Below, piece by piece: positions 51,841 through 64,000 of a stretch of 64,000 nucleotides of DNA. Position 1 is the stretch's first letter, and each line of letters opens with the position of its first letter. The notes under the pieces were generated by a model. That model made no database searches. It was not told the origin of the DNA and saw only the letters and a program-made list of their open reading frames with translations. The stretch covers positions 35,216,001 to 35,280,000 of the forward strand of contig OZ024752.1 of NCBI GenBank assembly GCA_964016885.1. The letters run 5' to 3'. The stretch is from Eledone cirrhosa (taxonomy: Eukaryota). Position numbers and translations under genes: made by a program.

Positions 51841-54061
51841 TAAACAACCTTCAGCCTCCAGGATGGATGGTAGATTTTTGAGATTTATTTTAGAAAAAAA
51901 GTAGCGTCTTCGACGCCGGGAAATACGGTATATTATTTTTGTAAAATCTGTTTTTCGGTAATGTTTGAGTTTTTCCTTTTTAACAATTTTTGTTGAATTA
52001 AAAATGAGGTAAAGAGTAAGTGTTGGGTAGAAATATGCCACAGGACGTACATGATATAGTGTTGAAGAGGCGACACGCAACTGGGCACTGAATACCGTCA
52101 TGTCTTTCTTTTTGGAAACATTAGAAACATAACTACACATTTTACAATAGTACTTCAATGAAAGTTAGGTCGGATTCCAATATATTTCTTTAATGTTTCA
52201 CCAATATATAAATACATATTTCTGTGGCCGGTTTACGTCATCAGGTCATGATATAAGACAATCGGCGACGTCATCAGGTGTAATGAACATAAAAGATTAA
52301 CAAATATTTACTTCAGTAATCTCTACAGAATTATGACTAAATATAAACAAAGAATTGATACGGAGGTGGCCTGGCCAGCGATCCGATCACTACGATGGAC
52401 AGATGGATGGCTTAAAACGGTCGAAAATGTAAACTAAGCCAACGCTTAAACTTGGCAGCTCAATTTGTGTCGTTTTCCTCCACTATATCAAGAGGGGGAC
52501 ATCTCGCCTGAGGATATCTCACCCGAGGATGGTGCCCTGTAAGGTGGAATGGCTGATGTAGCAGGTATCGCTGGCTGTTCTTCACGGCATTGCTTTCAAG
52601 ATCTTGTCCGCGGCATGCAGCTGAGATTAGCGTCTACCCAAAGGTATAGGGTTTGTCCTTTCCCCTACCACAGATTTAAATCATTTCTCTCCCACCTCTG
52701 TTTTCTTTTCTTGTATTTTTCTCTTTCTATTTGTTTATGATATGAAATGTATATGATATGGCCTAGTGGTTAAGATGCTTGACGTACGATCATAATGTCA
52801 TCGGTTCGATTCCTGGACAGGTTACTGCGTTGTGTTGTTGAGCAAAACACTTTATTTCACGTTGCCCTAGTCCACACATCTGAGAGTGAGTAGGAACAGT
52901 AGCTGGGAATTAAAAAAAACCTGCGACAGACCAACGTTCTGCCCAAGGAAGAGAATCTTGTACTCACAGTTGCTTTACACCAAGGAAACCGGCCATAAGC
53001 ACCAGTCTGATCTGCAATAGACCAACGTCCTGTCCAAGTAAGAGAATTTTTATACTCACAGTTGCTTCACGTCAAGGAAACCGGCGATAAGAACCGGTCT
53101 GATCAGATTCGAGCTTTAGAACAGACATGCCCCAAAACTCTCCTCAAGTAAATTTCATCGCTCATATTCTTTTACATCTAATTTCTTTGTGAATGAAATA
53201 ACTTGTAATGCAACCGAGAAAACAATAGCTATTCTATCGGTTAATTTCATAAGGTCATAAGGTCACAAGGAAAATATATATTCCAAATTAGATTTACTCA
53301 CGTTTTTATCTCAATAATGATAATAATAATAATAATAATAATGATAATAATAATGATAATAATAATGATAATATTATTATTATTATAATATATTCATAGA
53401 TTTTACTGTTGCGATAAGTAAATAATGCAAAACCTTATCAACACGGATTAAAACTCTTGCTTAGAAAAAAAAAAAATTGTTTTCGCTAGTAAATCAATAA
53501 AATTCTGAAGTAATATTATTACTGATACTCGTGGATATGCGTGTCGTCAACAATAGCGTTGAATTAACAGAGTTGTTGAAACGTAGGATAGAGTGCCTTG
53601 CGGTATTTATTCCGGCTCTCTTAGTTCAAATTCCGCTAAAGTCAACCTTGCCTGTCATCCTTTTGTGGTCAATAAAAAAAAAAAAAATGTACCAGTCTAG
53701 TAATGGAGGTTTTTGGAGACCAGAGTTGATGCGGCGAATTGGCAGAGTCGTTAGAACGCCGAGTAGAATACTCTGTGGTATTCGCTCCGTATCTCTGCGC
53801 TCTGAGTTAAAATCACACTAAAGCCAACTTTATCTTTCATCTTTTTGAGGGCCATAAAAAAGTATCAGTCGAATACTGGGGTTAATTCTTTCTCTATATC
53901 TCTTTCTTACTTCTATCTCTCTCTCCTCTGGAAAGAGGGGATGAGCTCCACCGAGTTTTAAAATGCCAAAAGAGACGTTTTATGTCCCTACGGCGTCCCT
54001 ACGACTTCACCAGGATAATGTAATATTTTAAATTGCTCGCGAACTTTATGGACATCCTGTG

Positions 54062-54098
<37 letters not shown>

Positions 54099-54288
54099 AT
54101 ATTCAGGACCCCGACGGCAGGGCTCAAGCCGTTTCGGCGGCTATTTCTGGACCAAAAATAGCCGTCGAAACGGCTTGAGCTCTGACGTCAGGGTCCTGAC
54201 GCTTTTCCTATTACCCACTCTACTACCCAAAGTATCGAGTACTCTGTTGCATTATGGTCCACCTGGTTCCTTACCACACATCCTTCGT

Positions 54289-54332
<44 letters not shown>

Positions 54333-54364
54333 TGCATGCAGGAACACACAAAACATATTATATA

Positions 54365-54400
<36 letters not shown>

Positions 54401-54476
54401 TGCAGGAACACACAAAACATATTATATATATTTATATATATATATATATATATATGCATGCAGGAACACACAAAAC

Positions 54477-54541
<65 letters not shown>

Positions 54542-55471
54542 ATACAGGAACACACAAGACGTATATCTCTATATATATATAAAACGGAAGATGTCTGCCT
54601 GTGTGTGTGTGTGTATGATTTTTATGCATTTCCACATTTCTCTACCGATTTTGATGTTGTTTTTTCCAATGTGCTCCAAATTTACCAACGATGGTCAACG
54701 CGTAATAAACTTTGCCAAAAATTTCCTGCTTCTATTAAAAAAATGGATAAAACTAAATACATGCTGTAACCCTCTGTCTCTTACACGCTTATTCACTCTC
54801 TCTACTACCCAACAGCGACAAAACTTCGTTCAGGTACGCGACATAAACTTTGAAAACTAAGCAACACATCATTTTATACAACAACAAACATAACGCTCTC
54901 TCCGTCGCTCCTACCTCTCTCTATAATAGATTATTCCCCTTCTCTATAATTTAACTGCTTTACTCTCTCGCTATTGGAAGATTATTAACCCATCATTGAT
55001 TGTCCCAAATGCTAATCGGTTCGTAACTTGTAATAACCGGTTCAACTGCTTTATGCACTTAATTGATAAGCTTATTCGCTTTCAAGCCACGTTTACCTGT
55101 ATGTAACTTTTCATAGCAAATGAACAAATCCGAGCAACACCGGGCTAAACTGGTAGTTATATATATATATATATATATGGAGGAAGTTATAGTTCACTTG
55201 AAGCATTGTGTAATGAGGTATAAACGTTTGAATTTGTAAAGCCAAAACAATGCAGGTATGGACATAGAATAAAAATGCAAATGCAAAAGATATTGTTGAC
55301 AATTAGTCTTTTACCTTAGATTTATTTAAATGTCCTTAACTTTCGAGATAATATTTCTTCTTCGGAGAGAAGTAAAGCGGTTAAACCAGTGTTCTAAATA
55401 GCTTGCCAAGTCATGCTGACAGGAAATTTCCTGTCAGCATACCTGCATTGTTTGGCTTTACAAATTCAAAC

Positions 55472-55512
<41 letters not shown>

Positions 55513-55532
55513 GGAACACACAAGACGTATAT

Positions 55533-55563
<31 letters not shown>

Positions 55564-56993
55564 ATATTAGAAAGTGACGTTTTTTTTACAAAATGAAAAA
55601 TAATCGAGGTGTCCTACACGAGTGAAAGTATAAAGAAAAAGAGATGAAATCGAAAATGCAACTGGAGTCTTATTTAAAAAAAAAAATATATATATATTTA
55701 TTTGGTTCCTTTACCAAATAAATATATATAATTAAAAAAAAAAAAGACTCCAGTTGCATTTTCGATTTCATCTCTTTTTCTTTATACATAATTGATTTAT
55801 ATTTGAGACGGGGGTTGTCTATTACCTGATGGCCAGACTAGTGCATTTATGTGGTAGATCGGATCTCCGGACCATACCGAAGATTTACTGGAGATGCAGG
55901 CAAGCAATGACCCGGAGCCTACCGGGTGGCATATATAATAGTGGGGCCATACCAGGTCCTACTGTTATATTACATTTGCATGGAGCAGTGACTTGAGAGT
56001 CTGACTCCTCTTATAGAACGTTCAGATATGACACCCCTTAATTAATGGTTGGCAATCATCCTAATATATACACCCTTGTACTTCTTAATGAACAACTCTC
56101 TAACCTATAAATGGGTACCATACTCTAGATATTAGTTATAACTTCACATGATAGGCACGTATTTGAATCACCATTAATGTAGTTTAGCATAGTAATGTAA
56201 CTAAAATAACTAGCTAGTTACCTCCCCTTACGCATTAATTCCCCTTAATCATTCAGGCACTTCCGGAATTTGGACAGCATGATATATTAATTAAGAACCG
56301 ACTGGATACGGTTTATAGCTTGACTATATGCTGAACCACTGCGAATTATACGATAGACGCGTGTTCTCTATATATATATTGCGTCTCATGGATTATGTGA
56401 GTGGTGGTGTGAGCAAGGACAGTGGTACGACCTTGCCTACGATACAATAAGGTTTATAGTATGTTGGAGGTTTTTGATATTTTGGTGTTTCCCCGCATCC
56501 GAGACTGTATATCATACAGATGTATGAGAATAAATGACTTAATAATTCAGCCTATATAATGAGATCGATTGCCTGCTTCAACTGCCTGACCCTGCAAATA
56601 TCATTCTGACGCACTCTAATCATGTATAGATAAGACAAGCGTGCATGCTACACGGGAGATTGCTTCATGCACTGACTACTCTAAGCTTTCCTCTTGCTTT
56701 ATCTTCATAGACTGCCAACGCTTCATGTTTATCTTTATTTTCACTCTTATTTTCACTCTTGCTTTTATTTTATTTTATTTTTATCATGTAACACTTTATA
56801 TGTAAATTGCCATGCTATATCATTTAATGAATGTCACCCCACTGTTGATCAATATGCGCATATGTTTTATGTGTCTCTTGGGTTGAAAAGGAGGTCAAGT
56901 ATGTTATAAATAGCTGCTCCGAAGAATCCAAACCTCGGTTTGGAGGAAACAATTGTAAGCACATAAATGACTTAAACTGAACTTTGATTACTG

Positions 56994-57059
<66 letters not shown>

Positions 57060-57352
57060 GCAGGAACACACAAGATGTATTATATATATATATATATGGA
57101 GCAACATACAAGACGTATATTAATAGTTGATATGAAATGAAATAAAATTATTACCTCACCTTCTATGATAATTTTAAGATCTGTTTCGTCGCTGAGAAAA
57201 CGTGGTGATATCTTGGGATGATCTTCCGGGTCAGTACTCTTCAGCTCAATAGTACCATGGGATTTTGGTTGAACTAACACGACAAAGATCTTGAACCCCT
57301 CAGCATCGTCTGCTGTTGTTGGTCCAGAAAGTAACTGAGTATTTTTGACGAG
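45425..57352 (-). CDS. GMC oxidoreductase (glucose dehydrogenase [FAD,quinone]/choline dehydrogenase-like), last three coding exons; 5' part not found in the window
   Basis: Exons 57352-57160, 50616-50394, 45587-45425, with phases 0/1/2 matching. Motifs [63 protein letters not shown]. Confidence 0.95.
45650..47212. repeat. 64-bp minisatellite (~24 units) derived from the Meta-like SINE
   Basis: Unit joins SINE tail (gtttctgatttaggcacaag) and B-box segment (ggtttgagctcagaacgtaaaggg.cgtaac); the array runs into a SINE at 47185-47397. Confidence 0.93.
47478..47658 (-). mobile_element. Meta-domain-like tRNA-SINE
   Basis: Near-identical to 42778-42967. Confidence 0.9.
47812..47884 (+). pseudogene. 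Degenerate tRNA-Lys(CTT) pseudogene or tRNA-Lys-derived SINE head
   Basis: Colinear, 73 nt, with eukaryotic tRNA-Lys-CTT (TAGCTCAGTTGG..CTT.ATCTC.GGGTCGTG..); T-loop and stems mutated. Confidence 0.65.
49061..50321. mobile_element. MITE with long subterminal inverted repeats (hAT-like, uncertain), containing a SINE trimer
   Basis: AGACCTGCCAACCT at 49062 and its complement at 50307-50320; 49144-49230 is inverted at 49538-49624. Confidence 0.7.
49625..50223 (+). mobile_element. Tandem trimer of the Meta-like SINE separated by its 19-bp target duplication
   Basis: attatgtaaaatatcccca at 49606, 49838, 50031, 50224. Confidence 0.9.
50394..50616 (-). CDS. GMC oxidoreductase penultimate exon (catalytic His)
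   Basis: [32 protein letters not shown]; ttcag / gttagt. Confidence 0.95.
51738..51928. mobile_element. pogo/Tc1-like MITE
   Basis: TA-tcgtatttcccgttgccgaagacgct ... agcgtcttcgacgccgggaaatacgg-TA. Confidence 0.8.
52520..52625 (+). mobile_element. CRE-like retrotransposon C-terminal fragment
   Basis: [24 protein letters not shown]; nucleotide similarity to 39520-39600. Confidence 0.5.
54102..54290 (+). mobile_element. Palindrome-headed short element in (TA)n
   Basis: ~45-bp imperfect arms at 54102-54199; tail as in 35772-35855. Confidence 0.75.
54566..55156 (+). mobile_element. Non-autonomous Helitron-like element
   Basis: 5' TC..TATATATAAAA start; 3' ccgagcaacaccggg hairpin followed by GTAG|T (CTAG variant). 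Confidence 0.6.
55628..55787. repeat. Perfect ~44-bp inverted repeat with AT-rich, partly palindromic spacer
   Basis: gtataaagaaaaagagatgaaatcgaaaatgcaactggagtctt and its exact reverse complement. Confidence 0.9.
57160..57352 (-). CDS. GMC oxidoreductase exon
   Basis: [47 protein letters not shown]; acgtag / gtgagg. Confidence 0.93.
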
Positions 57353-57454
57353 CTACGTCAGAATATTAGAAAATTAATAACTTAGTAATAACAATTTAGA
57401 TCTATAATTACAATTACTAATTAATTGATTCATGAGTTCTACTGTAATACTTTA

Positions 57455-57678
57455 CTCTCTCTTTCTCTCTCTGCTTTCTCTGCTTTCCCTCTCTGTCTCT
57501 GTTTCTCTCTCTCTCTTTCTCGCTCTGTCTCTCGCTCTGTCTTTCACTCTCTCGCTCTTTCTCTCTCTCTGCTCTCTCTCTCTGCTTTCCCCCTCTCTCT
57601 CTGTCTCTGTTTCTCTCTCTCTCTTTCTCGCTCTGTCTCTCGCTCTGTCTTTCACTCTCTCGCTCTTTCTCACTTTCT

Positions 57679-57724
<46 letters not shown>

Positions 57725-58097
57725 CCTATGTGTGTGTGTGTTTGTATATATATACATACGGATATGTGTATGTGTGTGTGTATATGTGTGTATATATATA
57801 CATGTATGTATGTATGTGTGTGTGTGTGTATACATAAATGTGTGTGTGTATTTATATATATAAATGTATGTATGTATGTGTGTATATATATATATAAATG
57901 TATGTATGTATGTATGTATGTATGTATGTGTATATAAATGTATGTGTATATATGTATGTATGTGTGTGTATATATATATGTATGTATGTATGTGTATATA
58001 TGTATGTATGTGTGTGTATATATATATGTATGTATGTATGTGTATATATATATATATATGCATGTGTATATATATAAATGTATGTGTGTGTGTGTAC

Positions 58098-58129
<32 letters not shown>

Positions 58130-58715
58130 ACATATATATAAATATATGTATGTATGTGTGTGTGTACATATATATAAATATATGTATGTATGTGTGTGTG
58201 TATATATATATATATATATGTATGTATGTGTGTATATATAAATATATGTATGTATGTGTGTATATATAAATATATGTATGTATGTGTGTATATATAAATA
58301 TATGTATGTATGTGTGTATATATAAATATATGTATGTATGTGTGTATATATAAATATATGTATGTATGTGTGTGTGTACATATATATATATATGTATGTG
58401 TGTATGTATATATATATGTATGTGTATATATTTATATATGTATGTATGTGTATATATATATAAATATATATATATATGTATGTGTATATATATATATAAA
58501 TGTGTATATATATATATATGTATGTGTATATATATATATATATATATATGTGTATATATATATATAATGTATGTGTATATATATATATAATGTATGTGTA
58601 TATATATATATGTATGTATGTGTATGTGTATATATATATATGTATGTATGTGTATATATATATGTATGTATGTGTATATATATATGTATGTATGTGTATA
58701 TATATATATGTATGT

Positions 58716-58747
<32 letters not shown>

Positions 58748-58767
58748 ACATATATAATATATATGTA

Positions 58768-58829
<62 letters not shown>

Positions 58830-58867
58830 AGTGTATATATATGTATGTAAGTGTATATATATATATG

Positions 58868-58916
<49 letters not shown>

Positions 58917-58929
58917 ATATATATATATG

Positions 58930-58982
<53 letters not shown>

Positions 58983-59085
58983 ATATATATATATGTATGT
59001 GTATATATATATATGTATGTGTATATATATATATATATATATGTATGTGTATATATATATATGTGTATATATATTTATATATATG

Positions 59086-59125
<40 letters not shown>

Positions 59126-59303
59126 CATATATATATATATACACATACACATATACATATACATACATATACATATACACATACATACATATATACATAT
59201 ACACATACATACATATATATATATACACATACATACATATATATATATACACATACATACATATATATATATACACACATACATATATATATATACACAT
59301 ACT

Positions 59304-59341
<38 letters not shown>

Positions 59342-59360
59342 CATACATATATATATACAC

Positions 59361-59409
<49 letters not shown>

Positions 59410-59426
59410 CATACATATATATATAT

Positions 59427-59470
<44 letters not shown>

Positions 59471-59491
59471 ATATATATATATATATGTATG

Positions 59492-59534
<43 letters not shown>

Positions 59535-59666
59535 GTGTATATATATATGTATGTATGTGTATATATATATGTATGTATGTGTATATGTATATGTATGTAT
59601 ATGTATATGTGTATGTGTATATATATATATGTATGTATGTGTATATATATATATATATATATACAC
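57455..59666. repeat. (CT)n-rich then (TA/TG/CA)n compound microsatellite, ~2.2 kb
   Basis: Direct inspection. Confidence 0.97.
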
Positions 59667-60441
59667 ATTTTGCAAAGAGAAGAAAACGGTGAAATGAACT
59701 AGATACATCTCACTGTCCCCCACCACCACAATAACGTCTACACTCTCTCCCAACCATCACATGTCATTACCCTATCTAGACTAAAGTCATCGACCTGTTG
59801 TCAAACTCTCTACTCTCTGTTGAATGTATATATATATATGTATGTATGTATATGTGTGTATATACATCACTCAGTCAGTCAAACCAACAGATTTCAACCC
59901 AACATCTACAACAACAACACCGCACTAATGTTTACAGCAACAACAGCTTCAGAATGAACTGAAATGAACATTTACAACAACAACAACAATAGCGGCATCA
60001 AAAGATAAAAAAAAAAAGAAAGGGAAGGGAAAAAAAGGAAAAAAAAACAAAAAAACTCAGAATAACAAAACACACACACACACGCACACAACACAACAAC
60101 ATCAACTGCCACCACCACCGCCGCCATCACCACCACCGCCGCCGCCATCACCATCACCAGCGACCGGGCTTTAAGAAAACAACTTTAATAATAATTTTTC
60201 TGCTTTTGGCACGGATCCAGCGACTGGCCCAGCGCATCACTGGTACTCTCTTTTGTTGACTCCGTGGGGGTGAAAGGCAAGGTTGACCTCGGCGGGATTT
60301 GAGCGTGGAGGGCCGTGACTCTATGCTGTAAAGCAATTATAATAATACTGGACTGTAGTACGATCGGCTTCAACTATATAAACTCTTGAAAGTCAACAAT
60401 TGACATAATCTTGTAATCTTGTATCAGTAATAACGGTAATA

Positions 60442-60558
<117 letters not shown>

Positions 60559-60680
60559 AAGTGAGTAGAGTAGCGTGTGTGTGTTTGTTTGTATGTATGA
60601 GTGTTGCTGTGTGCGCGCATATGTATGCGCGTGTGTGTGTCGTACGTATAAGTGTCAATAAGTGATTTCTTTTTTTTTTT

Positions 60681-60980
60681 TGCGCGGGGACATAGAAATA
60701 ATCGGGCTGGATGCCCGATCGCGCAGTTAAACCACTGGGAGTGAAGAACCCCTAGCCCTTGTCAGGGTATTCTTCTAGGAGAAGGCATCTCAGGAAACTG
60801 GGTTAACTCCGACATAAAACCTGCGGCTCAGTAGTTACCGATGATGTTGATCTTTTCTTCTTTTCGGGTTATAGCTACTGTCGCTCAGAGAGTGGGATTG
60901 GCTCAGTGCACAGTCTTTCCTCACTTTAAAAATATTCGTCACGCACAGGCATTGCACGAGTGCATTAATAATTATTAATA
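60681..60980 (+). mobile_element. Probable 5' UTR of the RTE element that resumes at ~62990
   Basis: GC-richer structured segment with ggagaagg..aaacc typical of RTE leaders; positioned upstream of the RTE ORF. Confidence 0.45.
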
Positions 60981-62985
60981 GTGTTCGGTGGGGCACTGAA
61001 CAATTTAGATCAATCGAAAGCATTCGATAGGGTCGACCATCGGTATCTGGAGTTTGTCCTCAAAGCAGCTGGCTTCGGCCCTGTCTTTAGAAGCTGGATC
61101 GTTGCAATGCACAGCGGCACACGCTCGGTGGTCAAGGTCAATGGCCACCTCTCGGAACCATTCCGGCTCTCCCGATCGGTCCGTCAAGGGTGCCCTCTCT
61201 CTTCCCTTCTGTACGTATTGACTCTCGAGCCTTTACTGCGGAAGCTGGAGCTGTTGCAGGGCATCCCGCTCGAACCGGGACGTGGAAAGGCGGTGTCGGC
61301 TTATGCGGACGACATCACCGTGATGGTGTCGAACACCTCAGAAATTGAGGTGGTCGGCACCTTATTGAAGGAATATGAAAGGTTGACAGGAGCCAAACTT
61401 AACCCGGAAAAGTCGGTGGGCTTGCAGCTCGGAACCTGGAGAGGCAAGCCCATGCCGTCCAACAACGTCGTGGGGCGCTGGACAGACGGACCAGTAAAGT
61501 TGCTTGGGGTTTGGTTCGGACCAGACCTCCAGGTGGAAAAGAATTGGGACGAGGTAACGAGCAGAGTAGCCAGTCTCACCCAAAAATGGGCTGGGAGGAA
61601 GCTATCACTGAAAGGTCGCGCGGAGGTGGCGAATGCGTACATCGCGTCCGTCATCTACTACCGCCTAACCGTCGTGCCTTGTCCGCGCCTCGTCAAGTTG
61701 GAACGGGTCCTCTTCAAATTCTTGTGGAGGGGACAAGTTCCGTTGGTGAGGCGGTCCATCTGCTGCCAGCACCCTCTACGCGGAGGGCTGGGCATGCCGT
61801 GGCTAATGATGCGCAAACATGCGTTGAGGCTGCGACATCTCCAGATATTCTGCCTCAATGGTGAACAGGTGTGGTCGCCGTTTATCAGACGGGCCTTTCC
61901 GCAGCTCATTTCTTTGACTGAGCTGCAGTCCTGGGTCAAGAAGAGACCGAGACTGGGTGACTGGCACCTGGAATGTTGCCAGGCACTCACTGCCCTCTAC
62001 CAAGCGGGCAATGCGATCAGTGGAACTTCCACTCTCGAGTTCTATAGATGATTAGTGGTGGGCAAGTGCGATGACGCACTCGGAGAAGCTTTGGGCCTCG
62101 ACGAAGTCGAACTGACCAGTCTGTACCGGAGGACTTTTGAGCCGGAGACGATGGACAATTTCCAGAAATCCCTCGCTTGGCAGTGCTACCGGGGGGCACT
62201 GCCGGTTCGGGATAAACTCTACAGGCACGGAAGTGCTGTCAGACGGACCTGCCCAAGATGCGCACAGAACGACGAAACCGTTCTGCACGCACTTGTCCAA
62301 TCTCCGTGCATTACTGACTTGTGGAGTTATGTCGAACAGCTACTGTCGCGTGTGGAACGAATCCGGCTATCGGCCGAGTCCATAGTGAAGATCGAACCGC
62401 CACCTTCCTTAGGTCAGGAAGAGCAGGACATTTTCCTCTGTCTGGTGGCAGTTGCGAAAGAGATTATATGGTGGACCAGGTTGAAAGGACTAAAGACAGA
62501 CACTTTTCCCTTCGGCCAATCCCTCATCAACTTCTTCAAGTTTCACCTGGAAAGGAAGGTGAGGGTGGAAAGAGAAGTGCTGCCCCCCCCCCCAGTACAT
62601 TTGCTAAAAGGTGGGTGAATGTGGCGAGAATGGCTCGTGTGAATGGGCCTACTCTGACCATGCGCCTATAGGCTGGCTAACTTGAGGAGAGGGGTGCTCT
62701 CCTGGGTGCCCTAGAAGCGCAGGGTGGTTCAGGATTGGTGGGGTACCCGAATCACCCCAGGGTCGTCCACCCCCCCTATCGGGGAATTTATTTTGTTATA
62801 TTTATGCATAGTTTATTTTATATTTTTATATTTTCATTGTTAAATTAGTCTTGCCATTGTGCACTTTTACTCGACCTTATTGTAAACCCCCACTGTCCCT
62901 ATCTTTGTATTGTCCCCTACATGTCGGCCCTTGTGGCTAATAAATGAAATCATTATTATTATTATTATTATTACTATTATTATTA
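60981..62985 (+). mobile_element. 5'-truncated L1/Tx1-clade LINE (RT core, zinc knuckle, 3' UTR, (ATT)n tail), disabled
   Basis: LDQSKAFDRVDH, VRQGCPLS, YADD, KLLGV, GGLG, CPRC..ETVLH; in-frame TGA at 62049-62051 and frameshift in poly-C at ~62583-62593. Confidence 0.95.
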
Positions 62986-63008
62986 CCTTTTTTTTTTTTC
63001 CCAATTCA

Positions 63009-64000
63009 ATGATGTTCCAGAACAATATAAAAGAGATAATTGGCAATTTAGGTTCTGGAACAAAAAAGATCATTGGCAATAAGGGCAGGGGCCCCAGGTT
63101 ATCACAGCCTGGGCCCGCTCGTCATCGTGCCATTGTAATAGAGCCAAACAAGGCATTTAGTCTTGGCTGCTGGAACGTACGGACGCTGCTTGACAGGGAT
63201 TCCTTGGGGCGTTCTGAACGAAGGACCGCTCTTGTTGCAAAGGAGCTTCGACGTTACGATCTTGACATCGTGGCTTTATCTGAGACGAGGCTAGCTGGAG
63301 ATGGTCATCTTACGGAATTTTGTGGAGAATATACATTCTTCTCGAAAGAGAGTGATATGCAGCACATTTTGAATACATTTTCTGACGCTTGCACAGCCCT
63401 AGGTCTGACTGTCAGTCTCAAGAAAACCGTCGTCATGTACCAACCTGCCCCTGGTAAGCAGTACACTGAACCAAACATCTATGTGCATGGCAAACGACTT
63501 GCAGTGGTTGATCAGTTTGTCTACCTGGGAAGCACTGAAATCTCACTTAGGATTAGGAAAGCAAGTGATGCTTTCGGAAAGCTAGAAAGGCGACTCTGGG
63601 GTCGGCGAGATATATGCAGGAGGACAAAGGTAAAGGTGTACAGGGCATGTGTGCTCTCTTGTCTTCTTTATGCCTGCGAGACCTGGGTCACATATCGACA
63701 CCACCTTAAGCAATTGGAGCGTTTCCATCAGATGTGTCTCAGACGGATCCATGGCGTTCACTGGAGGGACCACATCAGTGATGTCGAGATTTTGGAAAGC
63801 TCTATGTGTGACAGTATAGAAGCTCTTGTGCTTAAGCAACGACTCTGTTGGAGTGGTCACCTTGCCAGGATGAAGGATTCTAGAATACCAAAACAACTCT
63901 TTTATGGAGAGTTGGTTAAAGGAAAACGACCGCCACATAAACCAAAAAAGAGGTATAAGGATTCCTTGAAAGCCTCTCTGAAAGACGCTAACATCTCTGC
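63009..64000 (+). mobile_element. Internally deleted RTE (BovB-like) LINE ORF, open to the window end
   Basis: ATG at 63009; CWNVRTL..DIVALSETR..YTFF (endonuclease start) fused at ~63342 to post-YADD RT region (GLTVSLKKT, FVYLGS, LLYACETW, WSGHLARM..RIPKQL). Confidence 0.9.

Noticed and set aside
55825-56104. AG..GT-bounded GC-richer block as an extra GMC exon
   Set aside because: Stops in all three minus frames; the flanking exons already join in phase.
57425-59753. ORFs up to 633 aa
   Set aside because: Microsatellite translations inside a GMC intron.
60681-60850. HDV-like ribozyme in the RTE leader
   Set aside because: Hairpins are present, but I could not assemble the nested double pseudoknot by eye.

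Overview
AT-rich, microsatellite- and SINE-dense animal genomic DNA. The repeat repertoire suggests a coleoid cephalopod, probably an octopod (inference). Two host genes can be built by hand from GT-AG sites with consistent phases: (1) a complete RMI1 gene (+ strand, 15 coding exons, 11829-32076, about 694 aa); (2) the last three coding exons of a GMC (glucose/choline dehydrogenase-type) oxidoreductase (- strand, 57352-45425), whose second active-site position reads Lys instead of Asn/His. Terminal exons of a third, unidentified gene may lie at 4601-5537. The rest is repeats: an 87-bp satellite made from a tRNA-derived SINE head (1-4447), other SINE-derived tandem arrays, two SINE families, RTE/CR1/L1-Tx1/CRE-like LINE fragments, a decayed pogo transposase, piggyBac/mariner/pogo/hAT-like MITEs, a Helitron-like element and a tRNA-Lys pseudogene. 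Most unusual: several short palindromic elements built around hammerhead-ribozyme motifs (Penelope-like), and an internally deleted RTE ORF that stays in frame. Nearly all long ORFs in the supplied track are artefacts of repeats. All assignments were made by eye, with no database search.
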